A stretch of 64,000 nt of DNA from Malacoraja senta. Lineage: Eukaryota. Within the stretch, counting starts at the first letter, position 1, and each line of letters begins with the position of its first letter. Positions 26,130 through 38,660 of the stretch are shown here, one piece after another. The stretch lies in NCBI GenBank assembly GCA_038087875.1, contig CM075993.1, forward strand, positions 7,008,001 to 7,072,000. The letters are read 5' to 3'. A program made the translations under genes and the position numbers. The notes below the pieces were generated by a model, which was not told the DNA's origin, did not search any database, and saw nothing but the letters and a program-made list of their open reading frames with translations.

Positions 26130-27449
26130 ATGGTCTTAAACAAGATTACTCGTGACCTAGTTGCAAAAAAGTGATGTTCATTTTAAGCACTTTGCTAACT
26201 GGTTCATTTAGTTGTAGATTTTTTTTAAGAGAAGACTCTGCTCATTTACTGGTTTGTTTGGGAGCTGGGAATCCCATCTGTTTTCTTAGTACTGTCGAGG
26301 GAGTAAATACACCACATAGTTCAAACAGAGGTTCTGTGGTGGGCTGGATTTCACCTGCAGGCAAACAGCACGCCCCCACTGTAACCAAATGTGGCAGTCA
26401 GCTTGCATAAAACAAGCTGTCGACAACAGTGGGGAGATAATTACCTGTTAGTCTGTTTTGACAATGTCAGCTTGGAAATAAAAAATTGGTCAGAGCAGTT
26501 GAATGCTGCTCCCTTTGAAGAGTCGCGTGGATTTTTGGTGATATGCGCCTCAATTTAGGATTGAAGCTCAGAAGCAGTAGTAATGACAATTGAGCACTCA
26601 CCACTTCACAGAAGCACCAACAAGAGATTATCTGTGCATCGCTGGGCTGGAACTAAGAGGCCTCAGATCTGACAAGAGTAAAAGTCAAGTTGAGACGTGT
26701 GGAGAAAATCATGAGTACTATTCCCGGTCACTCAAATCATGACTTTATGAAGCTATGTGATAAATAGGAGTAAACGCTAAATAGAAAATAAAAGATTAAA
26801 CTAAATTTGCTGTACCACTGATTAGAATAGAGAGTATTAAAGTGAAATAAAGATAACCTAATTCGTATAATCAGTGCACATTGATTTGGTGGTAAGTTAG
26901 GAATTGAAATCAAGGTGTAAAGTATTTAGGAGGGAACCAGACCATGGGTATGGTTTTTTTAAATGAATCTTTGGAAAAGAGTCCTAATTAACTTTTGTGT
27001 GCTTTGGGCTATTTTTGTTGAACTCTTAGCACCAGATTGCAGTGGTCATGTTACTGACAAAAATAATTCTCATGCATTTCAGATGCGATAATGGCTGAAC
27101 ACCTGTCCAGCGCATCTGCCCTATTTTCTATATATGATTGATCGACCTATGTGTCACTGACGTTTATTCAACTTTTACCTTTTTGTCAATTCTTGCCAGT
27201 ACACTATAAGCAAATTCAGATAAGATAATAAAAAGGAAAAATTAACAAGTCTCGCCATCATTCTAAATATTACAAAAATAGTGAGAACATTAGTCTAAAC
27301 CTTGCAATTATAATGAATGAAGCAGGGGAACTGAATTAATTGAAAGAACTTCCAGGACAAGCAATTGAATGGTACTGAATTAGCAAGATAGCTCAATATA
27401 GGAATTATTGTCATCAGGTTCTCTGTCTGTTGTTTTGGGTGTTTCCACA

Positions 27450-27840
27450 TTTAGAGTATTGTTTTCAGTTCTGGGCACTATGTTATAGGAAATGTTGTCA
27501 AGCTGCAACGGGTACAGAGAAGATTTACGAGGATGTTGCCAGGACTAGAGGGTCTGAGTTGTAGGGAGAGGTTGAGTAGGCGGGGACTCTATTCTCTGGA
27601 GCACAGGAGGATGAGGGGTGATCTTATAGTGATGTATAACATCATGAGAGGAATAGATCAAGTAGATGCACAGTCTCTTGCCCAGAGTAGGTGGATTGAG
27701 GACCAGAGGACATAGGTTTAAGGTGAAGGGGAATCTGAGGGGTAACCTTTCAACACAAAGGGTGGTGGGTGTATGGAACAAGCTGCCTGAGGAGATAGTT
27801 GAGGCTGGGACTATCCCAACTTTTAAGAAGCAGTTAGACA
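27450..27840 (+). mobile_element. CR1-clade LINE fragment, 3' end cut off
   Basis: RFTRMLPGLEGLS..ERLSR.GLYSLE.RRMRGDLI and TQRVVGVWNKLP motifs. Confidence 0.88.
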
Positions 27841-27841
27841 C

Positions 27842-29066
27842 GCCGCCCGGGCGGCCTTCAGCACCACCATAGCGCCGGCTCCGTCAGACCTCCCGCACGC
27901 TTGCTGCAACATCGGCCTACCGACAGCCCGACCGACAACTCGCAGCACCCACCGGAGGCCCGGCCCAACGCTCACCACCCACCGGAGGCCCGGCCCGACT
28001 GACCGCTCTCACCACCCACCGGAGGCCCGGCCCAACGCTCATCACCCGCTGGAGGCCCGGCCCGACGGACCGCTCTCACCACCTGCCGGAGGCCCGTCCC
28101 GGCCGACCGTTCCCACCACCCATCAGAGGCCCAACAGCCCGACCGATCCTCCAGAGCATCCATCGGCCTACCGACAAGCCCGACTGACCTACTGACTGAC
28201 CCTAATCCTAACCCAAGCTCTATATTTGTTATTTATCATTTCTATTTAACAGTTCACATCATAACTTTATAAAGATAAATCAATTGAAAAACAAAATGAT
28301 CAGCAATGTTCCTTGGAAACCTTGCTATTGTTTTGATGTAATGAGGAGGCAGCCATGATCCCAGGGTTCTCGCTGCCTAGCGACCATAAAACAAAGCGCG
28401 GGATTGGTCAATTTGCGTCCGACCTCATTGTCAAATGTGCATTGATTGGGCAATTACTACTCAGAATTCCCTTTCCTCTCTCCCCCATCCCCCTCCCCAC
28501 TCTTCCCCCTCCATCCACACTCTTCCCCCTCTACCCCCTACCCCATCTCCTCCTCGCCCCCTCCCCCACACCTCTCTCCCCCTCCCCTCCCCCACCCCTC
28601 TATCCTCCATCTCCCTCTCCTCACCCCTCTCCCTCTTCTCCCCCTCCTAATCCCACCCCATCCCTCTCTCCCCCACCCCCCTTCTTCCTACCCCTCTGTC
28701 CTTCCACCACTCCCCCTACCCCTCTCCCTCCCCACTCTTCCACTTCTCTCCCCCTTCCCCCACCCCTCTCTCCCCCTCCCTCCCCGCTCCCCTCTCTCCC
28801 CCATCCCTTCCCCTACCCCTCTGTCCCTCTTCCACCACTCCTCTCCCCCTCCCTCCCCACTCTTCCACTTCTCTCCCCCCTTCCCCCACCCTCTCTCTCT
28901 CCCTCTCTCCCCCCACCCCCTTCCCCTACCCCCTCTTCCACTACCCCCCTCCCCCTCCCTCTCTCTCACTTCCACCACTCCCCCCGCCTGTGTGTTTGGG
29001 GGGTGGTTAGTGTGAGTGCAAACGCGCGTTGGGGAAACAGACCCAACGGGTCTGCACTTGGTCTAG
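27842..29066 (+). mobile_element. Helitron (3' end clear, 5' boundary uncertain) with a GC-rich tandem repeat and a ~0.5-kb pyrimidine tract
   Basis: GCGTTGGGG...CAGACCC-AAC-GGGTCTG-CACTTGGT-CTAG|T ending at 29066 is nearly identical to the end at 3351. No clean A|TC start found. Confidence 0.65.
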
Positions 29067-31079
29067 TATTCCTTAAAAATGTGCAAGTTTTGGTCTTGAC
29101 GAGTTTCAGGTATGATTTATATAATATTTTTACACAATATGTTAAAAATTCAGGTAGTTCCGTGAGTTCACGGAACTACCTGAACGAAAAAGCTCCTCGG
29201 CCCACAACCTATCTCCTTTACAGATCTGATCAAGTGTTGTTGACCTAAACGTGACCGTTTCTTGCCACAGATGCTGAGAGACTAAGAGCTTCCAACATTT
29301 TTTTATTCTTATTTCAGATTTCTGGCACCCGCATTGTTGTGATTTTCATTAACTTGCATAAGGACGTAAACTTCTTGAAAACAGAAATACTTCACTACAA
29401 TGGTCTCTAATTGACCTTTGAATGAGTGCCCCCTAGAACGTTAAACAGAGCTTTAATTTGGCAGGAATGTCAACTACATTCCTAGCCATAGATTCTTAAA
29501 TGAGAAATAAAACAGGAAATCAGGTATTTTTAAAACTACCTGAGGAAGCAGCCAGGACAAGAAAAGGGAAGCATTATGAGGGACCTTTAGAGCTGATCCT
29601 TTATTTTTAATCACTGGCAATTGATATTATTGTTAGTTTGCATTATTTGTTGGATTTCAGGTTTTACAGGTCTGTATTATCATTTCTAATATTGACATTT
29701 TCAACTGGCAAAATCAGACTGGTTGCTTGGAAGTGATTATCATCTTAAACAGTGGACTCTGACCCAGTTTCTTTTTCTTAAGAAGACTTGTGTTTTCATA
29801 TGATAAACTTATTTGTAGAAACATGGAATTTTCCATTAGACAGGCCAGGTCAGCTTTGAACTGGTGAAAAGAAAATCAATGGTACATATTCCGAGGACAA
29901 GAAAAAGGTTCTAAAATCTTTAAAAGTATTACTTGCTAGGATAGATTCTCAACAGGACTGTGTCCGTGCAGACTTTAATGGCATGTCTGACTTATACTGT
30001 GGTACATTCCAAAGTTGTGTAATATTTTTAAAAGGTTAATGGTTCACGTGGTGTGTAATTTAAAGGCTGAAAATGTGGGAGTGACCCGTACAAAAATGTA
30101 GGGTGTAATTTGGATTCTTCTAAAGAACAAATCTTTCCTAAGAAAAAAAATCTCCCGCAGGCAATCCCAGATGCTTGGCTATGAATGTGGTCTTAGTTTT
30201 GGGAAATGCAGACAACAGAATTGCCAACTTGAAAACCACTACTCAATGTATTGGAAAGTGTGCTCTCGTTATATTTGTTTTTATTAAAGTACCACTGTAT
30301 ATAAGCTGGATTGGTCTTTTATTGGCCATTAAGTGCTTTACTTCATAGTCTTACAGTGTATTACTTTTTGCTGGGCATATTAGAGGATGATTGCAGAAGT
30401 CTCCAGTCAAGTTATTTAGAGCAACCTTCTTTGTATTCAGTTGCAAAAGGTCAGCAATTTTATTATTACATCTAAAATCTGACTCTTAGTTCTGTGAATT
30501 GAATCACCCCATAGTCACAGTCTGGAGCTAACAAGGAGGGTTCGAACCATAGTCCAATCTTCTTGCAGTGTTTTCACTTCTCATTGTGAAATTTATAGGA
30601 AGTGTTTCTTCCTGCTCAGTTTAACATCTACGAGCAGCTCTCATGTTAGTTTGCGTTAAGATATATCTTATTGTTTCTGTTTCCATTTAAATGTCCTGGG
30701 ATCGTTGACTCTTGTGTGTGTTCCTGGAGATGTTCTCATTTAATTGCCTCTCGAATCTCTTGAATCACCTTGGCCCTTCCAGGTGCGGTACCTCTCCAGG
30801 TGTGGAGTGAGCAGGCGTTGCTCTTATGCTTGATTGTGGCAGTTAAGTGGTGTTGATCCAATCTCCCTTTTTTGTTGGACTAATAAATGGAGAAAAAAAA
30901 ATTGGGGTAATGATAAATGTTAATTTACTGTTTGTTTTGTTTCCAGGTTGCTAACACCAGTTACCCAGCAATTAATACCCAATTACCAGAGTTTCCAGTA
31001 ATTGGGGACTAATTGTCAGGTTATTTCCAGTCTCAGCTGATAGAATCCTTGTTATGTCCCAAACTAGGCAATTGAGTCA

Positions 31080-33274
31080 ATGTGGATTCCCAGCCTGAAA
31101 GTATATTTAGGGTTTATATATAAGTACTGACGAGGGATGGAGTAGGATGAAGGAGTTTGGATTTCTGGCATTGCGGCTATTTCCAGGGACCTTTCTACAA
31201 ATCGGAAAGGTTGCACCCGAGCAGCACAGGAACGTTATCCCCACAGAGGTTTGCCAGTGCTGTTGGGAGAATTTAAACTAGCTTGGCAGGGGGATGGGAA
31301 CAAAAGGGAATTTAAGAAGGAAAGTTGGAAAATAAAGATTGGAAAACTGGAAAGCAAAATAAATAGGCAGTGGAAACAAAAACAAGTAGTAAATTAGGTT
31401 AGAGTATATAAAAATATGTGGAAAAATAAGGCAATGTACTTAATTGCGTACACAAAAATGCTGGAGAAACTCAGCGGGTGCAGCAGCATCTATGGAGCGA
31501 AGGAAATAGGCAACGTTTCGGGCCGAAACCCTTCTTCAGACTGATAGGGGGTGGGGAGAAGAAAGGAAAAAAGGCGGAGGAGGAGCCCGAGGGCTGGGGG
31601 ATGGGAGGAGACAACCAGAGGGCTGATGAAGGGGAGGGGACAGCAAGGGCTAGCAGAGTTGGGAGAATTCAATGTTCATGCCCCCAGCATTTAGACTGCC
31701 CAAGCGGAATATGAGGTGCATTTCCTCCAATTTCCGGTGTTGCTCGCTGTGGCCATGGAGGAGACCCAGGACAGAGAGGTCAGATACGGAATGGGAGGGG
31801 GAGTTGAAGTGCTGAGCCACTTAATTGCGTACAGCATTGCAATAAGGTAGATAAATTAACAGCACAAATAAAATGTAAATGCAATAGTAAAACACAAAGT
31901 GCTGGAGTAACTCAACGGGCCAGGCAGCATCTGTGGAGGGAATCGATAGAGAATTCGGGTCCACTTTTCTCTAACAGAAATAGTGTAAGGAAAAATTAAA
32001 TAAATGCAAAAGAATCAACACATTTTTGTCAAGGGTTGGCAGTACATTAAATCGCTTTGTGGACATTTTGTTAGGAATTCATCCCCTCTGCAATGTGGAA
32101 ATGTAGTGTATTCATTAAGTACAACATAATTAAGAAATAGATGCACATATGTATAAATAGAAAAAGCATGAGGTACTTTAATCTACATATATAGGATCAA
32201 CAAAACAAATGATCAGTTATTAGGTGAAGGACAAATTTGTAGAATATATACACAATGCTTTTCTGAACTATGATGTTGAGGATCCAGCTAAGGAAAAGCT
32301 TATTGTTGAATTGAGTATTGTACACTAAGGGGGTTGATTAATAGTCTTGTTTTAAAGACACTTTTAGGGGAAATTAACCATAAGATGATGGAATTTTACA
32401 TTGAATTTGATGTGGTTTAATACAAAACTGGGTTCTCAAATCTAAATAAAGGGATTTTTTGAAGTTATGAGCAGTGGGATGGCTGACAAGCCACATTGGA
32501 AAGCTTGATGATGGATATGCAATGGCTGTCATTCAAATAAATGATTTATATAATTCCTCTAAAGCATCAAAACCCAAGAAATTTGATTGTCTTTGAATGC
32601 CAGGAGAAAATAAAGGCAGAGGCTTATAGTATTGTTAGGAATAGCAGTAGGCCTAAAATTGTGTTTTATTAAAACTATCAAATGAGAACTAAGAAATGTT
32701 ATTTAAAAAAGAAAGATGGAATGGTAAGCTGTAAACTAAAAAAGTAAGCTGTCAAGGTACAAAACAGATTATTGGACTTTCTATAGGTGTAAATGTAGAT
32801 CAGTAAACATCACCAAGGACATCAACAAAGAACAAAAAAATACCAGGAAACCAAGAATTTGGCAAGATTGAGGAACTGATTTGTTAGAATTGAAAAGCAA
32901 GTATCAGAGAAGTTAATGAAATTTGATAAGCATCACATTATAAGGATTAATTATCTAGATCACAGAGGCAACCACAGAGATAGTGAATATACTTCTTATC
33001 ATCTCTTACAAAATGTTTACATTTTCTGGAATGGTCATTCTATATTAGATCATAGCAAATGTGACCCTACCTTTCAAGGAAGAAGAGAGAAATGGGTTCT
33101 ACCTCCCAGTTCATTGAATATGTTGGCCTTCATTCCGAAAGGATTTCACCAAATAAGTCGTCTTCTGTTTTACAGGGCCGTGGTGAGACTGGAGCTAGAG
33201 TATAGTGTGGAGTTTTGGTATATTTCAGAAAGAAAATATAGAGGAAGTAAAATAAAGATTTACTAGGACTGGTT
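31080..33274 (+). mobile_element. Old, decayed CR1-clade LINE, continues at 35523-35910
   Basis: Degenerate ORF1-like and endonuclease/RT remnants. YRAVVRLELEYSVEFW at about 33170. TRLV|PGM is split by the younger insertion. Confidence 0.6.
31453..31818 (-). mobile_element. PLE 3' fragment (GIY-YIG C-terminus and hammerhead-bearing tail)
   Basis: Minus strand encodes VAQHFNSPSHSVSDLSVLGLLHG..RKLEE. 15-bp TSD ACTTAATTGCGTACA at 31438-31452 and 31819-31833. Confidence 0.88.
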
Positions 33275-35522
33275 AGAAACATAGAACATAGAAAATAGGT
33301 GCAAGAGGAGGCCAATTGGCCCTTCGAGCCAGCGCCACCCTTCATTGTGCTCATGGCTGATCATTCACAATCGGTAACCTGTGCTTGCCTTCTCCCCGTA
33401 TCCCTTGATTCCGCTAGCCCCTAGAGCTCTATCTAACACTCTTTTAAATTCATCCAGTGAATTGGCCTCTACTGCCTACTGTGGCAGAGAATTCCACAAA
33501 TTCACAGCTCTCTGGGTGAAATTTTTTTTTCTCATCTCAATTTTAAATGGCCTCCCCTTTATTCTTAGACTGTGGCCCCTGGTTCTAGACTCCCCCAACA
33601 TTGGGAACATTTGTCCTGCATCTAGCTTGTCCAGTCCTTTTATAATTTTATATGGTTCAATAAGATCCCCTCTCATCCTAAATTCCAGTGAATACAAGCC
33701 CAGTCTTTCCAATCTTTCCTCATATGACAGTCCCGCCATCCCGGGGATTAACCTCGTTAACCTACGCTGCACTGCCTCAATAGCAAGGATGTCCTTCATA
33801 AAATTAGGAGACCAAAACTGCACACAATACTCCAGATGTGGTCTCACCAGGGCCCTGTACAACTGCAGAAGGACCTATTTACTCCTATACTCAAATCCTC
33901 TCGTTGTGAAGGCCAACATGCCATTAGCTTTCTCCACTGCCTGCTCTACCTGCATGTTTACTTTCACTTCCCTTTTTCCCAATCTGACACCATTGAGATA
34001 ATAATCTGCCTCCTTGTTCTTGCCGCCAAAGTGGATAACCTCACATTTATCTACATTATACTGCATCTGCCCACTCACTCAACCTGTCCAAGTCACCCTG
34101 CAACCTCCTAGCATCCTCTTTGCAGTTCACACTGCCATCCAGCTTTGTGTGATCTGCAAATTTGCTAGTGTTACTTTTAATCCCATCATCTAAATCATTG
34201 CGGCCCCAGCACCGAGCCTTGCGGCACTTCACTCGCCATTGCCTGCCATTCTGACAGGGACCTGTTTATGCCTACTCTTTGTTTTCTGACTGCCAACCAA
34301 TTCTCTATCCATGTCAATACCCTACCCCCAATACCATGTGCTCTCATTTTGCCCACTAATCTCCTGTGGGACCTTATCAAAGGCTTTCTGAGTCCAGATA
34401 CACTACATCCACTCGCTCTCTTTCATCCATTTTACTTGCCACATCCTCAAAAAATTCCAGAAGATTATTCAAGCAGGATTTCCCCTTCATAAATCCACGC
34501 TGACTTGGATCAATCCTTTTACTGCTATCCAAATGCGCCGTTATTACTTCTTTAATAACTGACTCCAGCATCTTCCCCACCACCGATGTCAGGCTAACTG
34601 CTCTATAATTCCCCGTTTTCTCTTGCTCTTTTCTTGAAAAGTGGGATAACATTAGCTACCCTCCAATCCACAGGAACTAATCCTGAATCTATAGAACATT
34701 GGCAAATGATCACCAATGCGTCCACAATTTCTAGAGCCACCCCCTTGAGTACCCTGGGATGCAGACCATCGGGCACTGGGAATTTATCGGCCTTCAGTCC
34801 CATCAGTCTACCCAATACTATTTCTCATCTAATGCAAATTTATTTCAGTTCCTCTGTGTCCCTAGATCCTCTGTCCTCTAGTACATATGGGAGATTGTTT
34901 GTGTCTTCCTTAGTGAAGACAGAACCAAAATACCTGTTCAACTCTTCTGCCATTTCCTTGTTCCCCGTAATAATTTCACTTGTTTCTGCCTTCAAGGGAC
35001 CCACATATGTCTTTACTAATCTTTTTCTCTTAACATACCTAAATAAGCTTTTACTATCCTTCTTTACATTCTTGGGCAGCTTACCCTCATACATAATCTT
35101 TTCACCCTGTATTGCCCTTTTTGTTACCTTCTGTTGTCCTTTGAAAGTTTCCCAATCCTCTGGCTTCCTGCTACTCTTTGCTGTGTTATACACCTTTTCT
35201 TTTAGATTTATTCCATCCTCAACTTCCCTTGTCAGCCACGGTTGCCTCTTAATCCCCTTGGAATCTTTCTTCCTCTTTGGAATGAAGTGATCCTGCATCT
35301 TCTGGGTTATGCCCAGAAATTCCTGCCATTGCTGTTCCACCGTCATTCCTGCTAGGATCCTTTTCCAGTCAACCTTGGCCAGCTCTACTCTCATGCCTTC
35401 ATAGTTCCCTTTGTTCAATTGCAACACTGGCACTTCTGATTTAACCTTCTCCCTCTCAAATTGCAGATTAAAATTTATCATATTATGGTTACTACTTCCT
35501 AGCGGTTCCTTTACCTTGAGTT
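33275..35522 (-). mobile_element. CR1-clade LINE, about 2.25 kb, frameshifted ORF2 remnant
   Basis: ORFs 34840-35481, 34603-34815, 34377-34652, 34195-34380 (VPQGSVLGP) and 33476-33862 are consecutive parts of CR1 ORF2; 3' tail at about 33275-33350. Confidence 0.93.
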
Positions 35523-36425
35523 CCTGGAATGCAACTTTGCGTTTTGTAAGATATTGAGTAAGCTAGGTCTGTGTTCTCTAGAATTTAGAAGGGATGACCT
35601 CATTGATTTTTTTACAGAATAGGTGCAGGAAGGATTTTCCCCTGGTTGAAGAGACTAGAGCTAAAGCCCTCAAGATCAGAACAAAGGACAGAACATTTGG
35701 GTAGGAAGGAACTGCAGATGCTGGTTTACACCAACGATAGACAAAATGCTGGAGTAGCTCAGCGGGACAGGCAGGATCTCGGTTGAGAACATTTGGGACC
35801 CGGTAGAGAAATTGAGATTTCTGTATATTTTTGGATATAGGCTAGTGGAAAATGGAGCTTAGGTAAAAGACCATCCCTGATCTTCTGAATGATTCGATGG
35901 CCTATTCCAGCTCTGAATAAATTCTGAATAAAATAAACTCTCTCACCTCAGTAAATTATTGTATCTTATAAATAAGTTCCATGTGTTTTGGCTTGGGACA
36001 TGTTTCACATTTTATATCTTCAATGAAGTGCTGGGTGGCCTTGTAAAAGCAGCATCTTTCTGGATGTTTTTTAAACTGCGCAGCTACTCCCTATTAACAG
36101 ATGTTGGGAGGCATATTTGGCAGTCCAGACATCCTCACTCACAATGTTAGGATGTTTTACTCACTGCTTTTTCTCAGTAAGATATGATAAATATGCCCTT
36201 CGATAAGTAGGTCTCCATGGAGTCTCCATGTTCTTTCGTTTCATGTCTTAGATATTCTGCATAAGGCATCATTTGGCACAAACTTAAGGATAGATTTGGG
36301 TTTAAAGGAGAGAGCATGCTCTGACTATAGTAGCCTGTTATTCAAATATTGTGGAGTGCTAATCAATTTTGTGGAGATCACCCCAACGTTCATTCAACAA
36401 GATGTAAATTAAACATTTTATGTTT

Positions 36426-37100
36426 TTAGTTTAGTTTAGAGATACAGCATAGAAACAGGCCCTTCAGCCCACCGAGTCCACGCCGACCAACGACCACCCA
36501 TTCACTAAAGATACTCAAAAAGCTGGAGTAACAGTGGGACAAGCAGCATCTTTGGAGAGAAGGTATGGGTGATGTTTCGGGCACCCATACACTAGTTCTA
36601 TCCTGCACACCAGGGTCAATTTGCAGAAGCCAATTAACCTACAAACCTACACGCATTTGGAATGTGAGAGGAAGCCGAAGCACCCGGAGAAACCCCACGC
36701 AAGTCTCGGGGAGAATGTGCAAACTCCAGACAGACAGCACCGATTGTCGGGATCAAACCCAGGCCTCTGGCACGATGAGGCAGCGGTAAAGTTGCTGCCT
36801 TACAGTGAATGCAGCACCGGAGACCTGGGTTCGATCCCGACTACAGGTGCTGTCTGTACGGAGTTTGTACCTTCTCCCCATGACCTGCGTGGGGTTTCTC
36901 TGAGATTTTCGGTTTCCTGCCACACTTCAAAGGCGTACAGGTTTGTAGGTTAATTGGCTTGGTAAATGTAAAAATTGTCCCTAGTGTGTGTAGGATAGTG
37001 TTAATATGTGGGGGTCGGTGCAGACCCGGTGGGCTAAAGGGCCTGTTTCTGCGCTGTATCTCTAAACTAAACTAAATGCTACCGCTGTGCCACCATGCCA
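36426..37100. mobile_element. Nested SINEs: minus-strand SINE containing a PLE fragment (about 36508-36582) and a plus-strand SINE (about 36781-37075)
   Basis: Two TAAAC tails in opposite orientation; the outer tRNA head resumes at about 37078. Confidence 0.75.
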
Positions 37101-38019
37101 CTAATATTGCTCATGTTACTCCTATCCCGACAGCACCTACGCTCGTAATCTATCAAACTAATGGCTGTTTTAGTTGAGATGACTCCATGGTAGGGTGACG
37201 ACCTTAAAAATTTTGCTTTCTAACCCAATACCTGAAAGTGTTAAATGAACATTAATCCAAGCCAACATTGGCTAACTAGCCCTTGTGTAACAAGGGTTGA
37301 ACTCTGCCTGCACTTGGTATATGCTTCATATCTCCTACGGCTATGGTTACGTTTTCTCAATCTATTTAATTCAAGACTGTGCCCTGGGGAAGAAAGTGTA
37401 CAAGAAGGAATTCTCCATGTGCCTGTAATTTGTTTTTAACATTAAAATAGGATGGGTGGCACTTGTTTGACCAACTACAATATTGTGTAGATTTCATCCT
37501 TATTTGCCAGTTGGGAAAATGATGAGAGAATTTAAATGATGCAAGCCATTATCAGTATTCTAGCTATAAATAGCAAATACTGGAAACACTCAGCAAGTAA
37601 TGTGGTCGAGAGGAAAAATCTAGCGTAATGTTTTAAGTCAAAGACTTCATCAGAATGGGATTTGAGATTGCACCCTGATGCTGTGTTTATGCCGAATGTG
37701 GAGAGGTAACATCTGTGTGTTGTGAATGTTATGGATAATTGCTGGCATCTAAAAATGTTAACAATCCTTTTAAGAAATATACAAACAAAATGTATTAACC
37801 AAATGATACACTGGTATTGTTTGCAGTGAATCGAAGGAAATCAAGTCTCGGGCACATATAATATGTAGCTCGTCCAAAGCTGTTCGGAGTTGGTAGGTTG
37901 TGAGTTTATGAGCCGCTGTAAATACTGAAGGCGGTCATTGAAGTTAATGTTTCATTCCAATGTTAATTCAACGAAGCGATGAATCCGTTAGGGATCGTTG
38001 CTGAGTGGCCTATACCACA

Positions 38020-38660
38020 CAGCAGGAGTACATGCTGATGGACTCGCTGAATTGAAGCTTGGTGCAGCCAACACCAAGGCTCTGTGGGGAAGGATCCCAG
38101 TCTAGGGCAAGGGTCGGCAACGTTGTTCTGCATAGGGGCCAGGACGCATGTCTGTGAGCGGATGGCGGGCCACATCTATCACGTGTACACATGGTTCCCG
38201 CCCAGGATGGCAGGCATCAAATCACGTGTTCACATAGATCCCACCCCTTCGAGGATGCCACCCGGACCACTGGCCCCTAGTTATGGGCGCTCACGAACAT
38301 GGCGTACCTACGGACCATTGCCTTGGCTCTTTCCTGAAGGCGGTGGCTCAAATACACTCACTCGCCCCCAGCCTATTGACAACCCCGATCCCGACAGTGA
38401 AGCCCACACAGAAGGTGCGCGTCCGTGCCGGCGACTTTGCGCCGGATGCGGTACAGCCAGAGTTCTCCACCGGCTGTATTCCAATTCCAATTAAAGCCAG
38501 CGCAGGCCTCCTTGCATCCTTGCGTCATGTTTTGTTTAATGATAGGTGCGAACACGACTGAGTATGACACTAATGAACATCTGGACGATAAGAATGTCTG
38601 AAGAGTTTCTGGAAAGTTTTTGTTTTGTATATATTTATTCTGAATAAAGTTAAATTTTGC
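38020..38660 (+). mobile_element. Tx1/L1-type LINE 3' end, interrupted by a GC-rich insert with a hAT-like terminus
   Basis: QEY.L.D..KLGAANTKALWGR..V* C-terminal motif ending at about 38105; AT-rich GAATAAAG..ATTTTG tail at about 38640-38659. Confidence 0.55.

Noticed and set aside
28355..29248. 297-aa proline-rich ORF
   Set aside because: Translation of a C/T low-complexity tract that cannot easily contain stops; it also crosses the Helitron end.
33381..35290. Long plus-strand ORFs (206 aa and 218 aa)
   Set aside because: They are antisense shadow frames of the minus-strand CR1 ORF2.
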